The notes under the pieces were generated by a model. The model was not told where the DNA came from. It ran no database searches and saw only the letters and a program-made list of their open reading frames with translations. Both the position numbers and the translations under genes were made by a program. This document shows positions 56,381 to 64,000 of a DNA stretch of 64,000 bases, piece after piece (position 1 is the first letter of the stretch; each line of letters starts with the position of its first letter). This DNA comes from Macrostomum hystrix (taxonomy: Eukaryota; Animalia; Platyhelminthes): positions 7,564,001 through 7,628,000 of the forward strand of contig CATNEN010000007.1 of assembly GCA_950097015.1 (NCBI GenBank), written 5' to 3'.

Positions 56381-59300
56381 GCTATTGTGGGCTAAGCCAG
56401 CATGCCGACGGGCCCAGGTGTGAACAGTTCTTGGCGTGCTCAAGTGCTCAAATATGGCTGGAATTTCTGCTCCACTGCCCGAATGGCCTTCTAGGGGTGC
56501 GCGAGTGTGCTCAGCAAATTTGAGACCGGTGCAATGACCAGCTCGGGTTTCGAATATTTGCACCGCGGCCCACCGGACTCCAAAGCATCTCCAGCTCCAG
56601 GTGGAAATTCCTGCCGCAGGTGAACGAGAAAAACAATTTGAAATTAAACCAAGTGGGGCAAGGGTTTCGCTATGGCACTGTAATTTGTGCTAGAGGGAGA
56701 AAAGAGGGAGGGGGAGCAGGCGAAAGAGCGAGAGCGAGAGGGAGAGGGAGAGGTAGAGCGAGAGGGAGAGGGAGAGCGAGAGGGAGAGGAAGAGCGAGAG
56801 CGAAGGGAGAGGGAGAGAGAGAGCGAGAGGGAGAGGAAGAGCGAGAGCGAGAGGGAGAGGGAGAGGGAGAGGGAGAGGGAGAGGGAGAGGGAGAGGGAGA
56901 GGAGAGGGAGAGTGAGAGGGAGAGGAGAGGGAGAGGGAGAGGGAGAGGAGAGGAGAGGAGAGGGAGAGGGAGAGGAAGAACGAGAGCGAGAGGGAGAGGG
57001 AGAGGGAGAGGGAGAGCGAGAGCGAGAGGGAGAGGGAGTGGGAGAGGGAGAGGAGAGGAGAGGGAGAGGAGAGGAGAGGGAGAGGGAGAGGGAGAGGGAG
57101 AGGGAGAGGGAGAGGGAGAGCGAGAGCGAGAGGAAGAGGGAGAGGGAGAGGAGAGCGAGAGCGAGAGGGAGAGGGAGAGGGAGAGGGAGAGGAGAGGAGA
57201 GGAGAGGAGAGGGAGAGGAGAGGAGAGGGAGAGGGAGAGGAAGAACGAGAGCGAGAGGGAGAGGGAGAGGGAGAGCGAGAGCGAGAGGGAGAGGGAGTGG
57301 GAGAGCGAGAGGGAGAGGGAGAGGAAGAGGGAGAGGGGGAGGAGAGGAGAGGAGAGGAGAGGGAGAGGGAGAGGAAGAGCGAGAGCGAGAGGGAGAGGGA
57401 GAGGGAGAGGGAGAGGGAGAGGGAGAGGGAGAGCGAGAGGGAGAGGGAGAGGAAGAGCGAGAGCGAGAGGGAGAGGGAGAGGGAGAGGGAGAGCGAGAGC
57501 GAGAGGAAGAGGGAGAGGGAGAGGAGAGCGAGAGCGAGAGGGAGAGGGAGAGGGAGAGGGAGAGGAGAGGAGAGGAGAGGAGAGGGAGAGGAGAGGGAGA
57601 GGGAGAGGGAGAGGGAGAGGGAGAGGGAGAGGGAGAGGGAGAGCGAGAGCGAGAGGAAGAGGGAGAGGGAGAGGAGAGCGAGAGCGAGAGGGAGAGGGAG
57701 AGGAGAGCGAGAGCGAGAGGGAGAGGGAGAGGGAGAGGGAGAGGAGAGGGAGAGTGAGAGGGAGAGGAGAGGGAGAAGGAGAGGGAGAGGAGAGCTATTG
57801 TGGGCTAAGCCAGCATGCCGACGGGCCCAGGTGTGAACAGTTCTTGGCGTGCTCAAGTGCTCAAATATGGCTGGAATTTCTGCTCCACTGCCCGAATGGC
57901 CTTCTAGGGGTGCGCGAGTGTGCTCAGCAAATTTGAGACCGGTGCAATGACCAGCTCGGGTTTCGAATATTTGCACCGCGGCCCACCGGACTCCAAAGCA
58001 TCTCCAGCTCCAGGTGGAAATTCCTGCCGCAGGTGAACGAGAAAAACAATTTGAAATTAAACCAAGTGGGGCAAGGGTTTCGCTATGGCACTGTAATTTG
58101 TGCTAGAGGGAGAAAAGAGGGAGGGGGAGCAGGCGAAAGAGCGAGAGCGAGAGGGAGAGGGAGAGGTAGAGCGAGAGGGAGAGGGAGAGCGAGAGGGAGA
58201 GGAAGAGCGAGAGCGAAGGGAGAGGGAGAGAGAGAGCGAGAGGGAGAGGAAGAGCGAGAGCGAGAGGGAGAGGGAGAGGGAGAGGGAGAGGGAGAGGGAG
58301 AGGGAGAGGGAGAGGAGAGGGAGAGTGAGAGGGAGAGGAGAGGGAGAGGGAGAGGGAGAGGAGAGGAGAGGAGAGGGAGAGGGAGAGGAAGAACGAGAGC
58401 GAGAGGGAGAGGGAGAGGGAGAGGGAGAGCGAGAGCGAGAGGGAGAGGGAGTGGGAGAGGGAGAGGAGAGGAGAGGGAGAGGAGAGGAGAGGGAGAGGGA
58501 GAGGGAGAGGGAGAGGGAGAGGGAGAGGGAGAGCGAGAGCGAGAGGAAGAGGGAGAGGGAGAGGAGAGCGAGAGCGAGAGGGAGAGGGAGAGGGAGAGGG
58601 AGAGGAGAGGAGAGGAGAGGAGAGGGAGAGGAGAGGAGAGGGAGAGGGAGAGGAAGAACGAGAGCGAGAGGGAGAGGGAGAGGGAGAGCGAGAGCGAGAG
58701 GGAGAGGGAGTGGGAGAGGGAGAGGAGAGGAGAGGGAGAGGGAGAGGGGGAGGAGAGGAGAGGAGAGGAGAGGGAGAGGGAGAGGAAGAGCGAGAGCGAG
58801 AGGGAGAGGGAGAGGGAGAGGGAGAGGGAGAGGGAGAGGGAGAGCGAGAGGGAGAGGGAGAGGAAGAGCGAGAGCGAGAGGGAGAGGGAGAGGGAGAGGG
58901 AGAGCGAGAGCGAGAGGAAGAGGGAGAGGGAGAGGAGAGCGAGAGCGAGAGGGAGAGGGAGAGGGAGAGGGAGAGGAGAGGAGAGGAGAGGAGAGGGAGA
59001 GGAGAGGGAGAGGGAGAGGGAGAGGGAGAGGGAGAGGGAGAGGGAGAGGGAGAGCGAGAGCGAGAGGAAGAGGGAGAGGGAGAGGAGAGCGAGAGCGAGA
59101 GGGAGAGGGAGAGGAGAGCGAGAGCGAGAGGGAGAGGGAGAGGGAGAGGGAGAGGAGAGGGAGAGTGAGAGGGAGAGGAGAGGGAGAAGGAGAGGGAGAG
59201 GAGAGGAGAGGAGAGGGAGAGGGAGAGGAAGAACGAGAGCGAGAGGGAGAGGGAGAGGGAGAGGGAGAGCGAGAGCGAGAGGGAGAGGGAGTGGGAGAGG

Positions 59301-59566
59301 GAGAGGAGAGGGAGAGGGAGAGGGGGAGGAGAGGAGAGGAGAGGAGAGGGAGAGGGAGAGGAAGAGCGAGAGGGAGAGGGAGAGGGAGAGGGAGAGCGAG
59401 AGCGAGAGGAAGAGGGAGAGGGAGAGGAGAGCGAGAGCGAGAGCGAGAGGGAGAGGGAGAGGGAGAGGAGAGGAGAGGGAGAGGGAGAGGAAGAGCGAGA
59501 GCGAGAGGGAGAGGGAGAGGAAGAGCGAGAGCGAGAGGGAGAGGGAGAGGGAGAGGAGAGGGAGAG
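56381..59566. repeat. 1413-bp tandem duplication containing GA-rich polypurine satellite
   Basis: Unique ~310-bp block GCTATTGTGGGCTAAGCC... at 56381 and 57794, each followed by (GAGAGG/GAGAGC)n tracts of ~1.1 and ~1.46 kb. Confidence 0.95.
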
Positions 59567-60339
59567 ACCATCTGGAGCTTCTGTCCCTTGTCTCTCCCGC
59601 ACTCAGCAAGGCACGGCTCAGGTTCATCACTGAAGTCAGGGCATTCACGGTTTTCCCGACGTCTCTCGTCCTTTCCACTTATCGCCGATATGGTGGACGT
59701 CTATCACCGCGGAAGAAATTTGGTGAGGCATCACATCAAATAGTTGGTTTATAGTTTGCATTGGCATTTTCTGCTTGCCAGAAATCGGAGAAATCGAAAC
59801 CTAGGTTGAATTTGCTAGCGGCCTTATGTGGCGGAAAATGTTATTGAATTTAGCAATTCGGCTATTGCTAGAATAATAGACAAAAATGGAACTAGATCGT
59901 CAAAATGAATTGAGTAGATTTATGGGACAGACCGGATGCAGGCGGGGCGGCGATGTCTTGTTTTGAAAGGCTCACGCATTCATTTGCCTGATTGCTCAAT
60001 CGCCACTAACTTGGAATGTGACCCCTAGTGAATGACGGGAGAAACGATTTAACCAAAAAATACTGCTCACTTCCGCTGAGCAGTCGTCAAAAAAACTGGA
60101 GGAGACCTCGGCGAAGTTAAAGGCAGGCGAAAAAATTTTTAGCTTGATAAAATTATTTTTTTCAGGCCGTTCAATCCGAGTGGTGTGAGTTTCAGCTCAT
60201 ACTTAGAATCCGGGCCGGGGCTGGCAATGCGAGATAAAGGAGAGGGATGTGACACTGATTGGATTCGCAATCTGTTTACATCCTTTGTGAGGGGAGAAGC
60301 TTGGCAGGACAGGACTGCAAAAGGGACAAGATTGACAAG

Positions 60340-62065
60340 CAGGGACAAGACAGAAACGAGAAGGATGGACAAGACAGAATCGAGAAGGATGGACAAGACA
60401 GATTCGAGAAGGATGGACAAGACAGATTCGAGAAGGATGGACAAGACAGATTCGAGAAGGATGGACAAGACAGAATCGAGAAGGATGGACAAGACAGAAT
60501 CGAGGAGGGACAAGACAGAATCGAGAAGGGACAAGACAGAATCGAGAAGGATGGACAAGACAGATTCGAGAAGGATGGACAAGACAGATTCGAGAAGGAT
60601 GGACAAGACAGATTCGAGAAGGATGGACAAGACAGATTCGAGAAGGATGGACAAGACAGAATCGAGAAGGATGGACAAGACAGAATCGAGGAGGGACAAG
60701 ACAGAATCGAGAAGGGACAAGACAGAATCGAGAAGGATGGACAAGACAGATTCGAGAAGGATGGACAAGACAGATTCGAGAAGGATGGACAAGACAGATT
60801 CGAGAAGGATGGACAAGACAGATTCGAGAAGGATGGACAAGACAGATTCGAGAAGGATGGACAAGACAGATTCGAGAAGGATGGACAAGACAGATTCGAG
60901 AAGGATGGACAAGACAGATTCGAGAAGGATGGACAAGACAGAATCGAGAAGGATGGACAAGACAGAATCGAGGAGGGACAAGACAGAATCGAGAAGGGAC
61001 AAGACAGAATCGAGAAGGGACAAGACAGAATCGAGAAGGGACAAGACAGAATCGAGAAGGGACAAGACAGATTCGAGAAGGATGGACAAGACAGATTCGA
61101 GAAGGATGGACAAGACAGATTCGAGAAGGATGGACAAGACAGATTCGAGAAGGATGGACAAGACAGATTCGAGAAGGATGGACAAGACAGAATCGAGAAG
61201 GATGGACAAGACAGAATCGAGGAGGGACAAGACAGAATCGAGAAGGGACAAGACAGAATCGAGAAGGGACAAGACAGAATCGAGAAGGGACAAGACAGAA
61301 TCGAGAAGGGACAAGACAGAATCGAGAAGGGACAAGACAGAATCGAGAAGGGACAAGACAGAATCGAGAAGGGACAAGACAGAATCGAGAAGGGACAAGA
61401 CAGAATCGGAAAGGGACAAGACAGAATCGAGAAGGGACAAGACAGAATCGAGAAGGGACAAGACAGAATCGAGAAGGGACAAGACAGAATCGAGAAGGGA
61501 CAAGACAGAATCGAGAAGGGACAAGACAGAATCGAGAAGGGACAAGACAGAATCGAGAAGGGACAAGACAGAATCGAGAAGGGACAAGACAGAATCGAGA
61601 AGGGACAAGACAGAATCGAGAAGGGACAAGACAGAATCGAGAAGGGACAAGACAGAATTGAGAAGGGACAAGACAGAATCGAGAAGGGACAAGACAGAAT
61701 CGGAAAGGGACAAGACAGAATCGAGAAGGGACAAGACAGAATCGAGAAGGGACAAGACAGAATCGAGAAGGGACAAGACAGAATCGAGAAGGGACAAGAC
61801 AGAATCGAGAAGGGACAAGACAGAATCGAGAAGGGACAAGACAGAATCGAGAAGGGACAAGACAGAATCGAGAAGGGACAAGACAGAATCGAGAAGGGAC
61901 AAGACAGAATCGAGAAGGGACAAGACAGAATCGAGAAGGGACAAGACAGAATCGAGAAGGGACAAGACAGAATCGAGAAGGGACAAGACAGAATCGAGAA
62001 GGGACAAGACAGAATCGAGAAGGGACAAGACAGAATCGAGAAGGGACAAGACAGAATCGAGGAGT
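60340..62065. repeat. 21/24-bp minisatellite
   Basis: Unit GGACAAGACAGA(A/T)TCGAGAAG(GAT); mostly 24-bp units on the left, 21-bp units on the right. Confidence 0.97.
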
Positions 62066-64000
62066 TGGGACTCAATCTCATTGCAGAGAAATGATCTCAG
62101 ATGGCATGCAGGGGGAAGGCTTTGAACAGGCCAAACCCACGGTTGTGCAAGAGTTGCCCAGGTCCTCAGGTAAGTGACAAATCGTGTTCCAAGTCTGCCT
62201 CTAGCGGAAGACGGATCGGTTGGGCGGGTAATGGCAAATTTTCTGCTGAATTTTTCAGGTCGATAAAAGAAAGATTCTGACGGAGTTGAACCGGCAAAAA
62301 GTCCAGTTAGAAATTGGCAAATCACTTTCGATCATTTCTGATTGAATTTTTAGTCCAGAATTACCGACATTTTTTAATTAACGCTCTGTTGGGAAAAAAG
62401 GAGAATTGGTCAGGGTTGGGAGAGTTTCCACCTCAGTGAACTTCAACTCGAGTGGCGTTCTGGTTTAACATGCTTGTGGAAATAATTTAGTTTTGTTAGT
62501 CAATGCGAATTTGTTAGTGAGGCCAAGAGCCAGCTGATAGAAAAAACTATAGAATCTGCATCTATGAGGGCCTTGGATACAGGTTGTGGAATAGTGTAGC
62601 AAGGATGACGCATTCTGCAGGCGGGCAGGCGGGCAGGCGGTGTGGTGCACTTACATAATAGGACATGGAAGCCGGCAGCTGGCGTTTCGGCCTGTCGTTG
62701 CCGCTGCTTGACCTCTTTGGCACCTTTCCGTAGGCCAGCATGGACCTTGAGAAGTTCATTCGCTAAGCCGCTAGCTGCACTGGCAGGCTGGCTTAGCGGG
62801 TCTCGCGGAGTTGGAGCAAGGTGTGGGGCAGTGGAAGCCTCGCCTGATTGGCTGAGCGCCTCAGTAGGTCTCGTGAAGTTTGATGGCACGAGGTGGGGGG
62901 AGGGTCTCGCGGAGTGAGGTGGGGCACAGGAGGCTTCTCTGATTGGCTGGGGTGGACCAGTGGCCAATTAAGACAAATATGACCAGTGGATTAAGGGTAG
63001 GTGTAAGACCCTTAAGGCAGTCAATGAGAGTACGAGAGACTCCAGACACGCAGTGTTAGCAGATTAAAATAGAACTCTGAACATCCGCCCCTAAATCTAG
63101 CAGCTGCGAGGACTCGCCTGGTATGGCGCGCTGGTGACCACCCGTCGTAGTTGGATGAAGGTGCTGGGCGCGTTCATGCTGTTGTCCCAGGCTTCAAAGC
63201 CGTTTTCAATGACAGACTTTTGCAATTGGAACAGCTTGGCCTTCTGTGTTGGCCGCGTGGAGAGGGGCAGCAGACGGATCAGATTGTGTGCGCGGAAGTG
63301 AAACTGCAACCGAGAAGCAAAGTATGAATCCGGACACATAAGCCTGGATGCCGATTGCAATCGGATGGGGGTCTGAATGGTGGGCCAGGGGGGCCAGACA
63401 CAGCCAGCCAATTGGAGGCGGGGCAGCAGGGTATGGGCCGGCAACTCTTGTCCTGCATCCGGAGCCCGGCCACCATGCTGGAAGGGCGGAGGCGAGAGAC
63501 AGAGAGATGTCGGCAGTCATGTGCTGGGTCGCTGGTCACTGAGGCGGCAACAGATTTGGACGGCCGATTGCCCCGATCTCAGCGGCTCTTCGGCTGGGCG
63601 TGCTGGAGGAGGGGGGAAGCAATTAGCAAGTAATCCCAGCATAAACTGATCGATTTATTTATGGCTCCGAGCTGGGCATGGCAACCAGGGCGAGTTTGAG
63701 CAGAGAAAGAATGGGGGGAAAAGATGCAGAGCTGTGAATGAGCGTGAAAGAGAGAAAGATGCAGAAAAAAGACGATTAAGTTTAACGTGAAAATGTCACT
63801 TTGACTCCGAGTTATGGGCGGTGAATATTACAGAATAGATATTTCGTGAACGATGAAGAGCGCCATTTGATGGGAGCTTCTCAGTTTGAGCATTCCGCCA
63901 TGGTCGAGTGTCAATTATTCTCAGAAATTCTCTTCCCGGAGCAGATTTCGCAGCCAAAAATTGGCAGGGATTCTCGGGATTGCCGGGGAATGCGTCCGGC

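Noticed and set aside
56620-59754. RG/ER-rich ORFs of 350-570 aa
   Set aside because: GA microsatellite is open in nearly all frames; no coding signal.
60139-62325. 600-730-aa repeat ORFs in four frames
   Set aside because: Stop-free 21/24-bp minisatellite with no preferred frame, signal exon or convincing splice context.

Overview
This window is eukaryotic, intron-containing genomic DNA very rich in minisatellites. Gene content and repeat style suggest a free-living flatworm such as Macrostomum (inference only). Splicing by eye gives the following, left to right: (1) a membrane-anchored, ER-type JmjC/cupin hydroxylase with an EF-hand and C-terminal REEL; (2) a low-complexity protein ending in a coilin-like Tudor domain; (3) a pseudogene interrupted by a 5'-truncated RNase H-bearing non-LTR retrotransposon; (4) a co-oriented cluster of four two-exon genes for secreted, mostly cationic proteins, largely missed by the ORF track. 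All four have a TATA box, a 17-18-codon signal-peptide exon and a phase-1 intron. They are a ~1270-aa protein with 36 Arg/Lys-rich 29-aa repeats, a Gln-rich plus RSGK-repeat paralogue that looks disrupted, and two small MRLL...MILQ* peptides; (5) a GT31 beta-1,3-glycosyltransferase; (6) a Cys-less pentameric ligand-gated ion channel whose pore-lining M2 exon is present twice as apparent mutually exclusive exons, with several candidate alternative C-terminal exons and no visible signal peptide. The rest is tRNA-derived SINEs, a second retrotransposon, about 30 distinct tandem-repeat arrays and a 1413-bp tandem duplication. Most long ORFs in the supplied track are repeat artefacts. Several single-base frameshifts in otherwise intact genes may be assembly errors.
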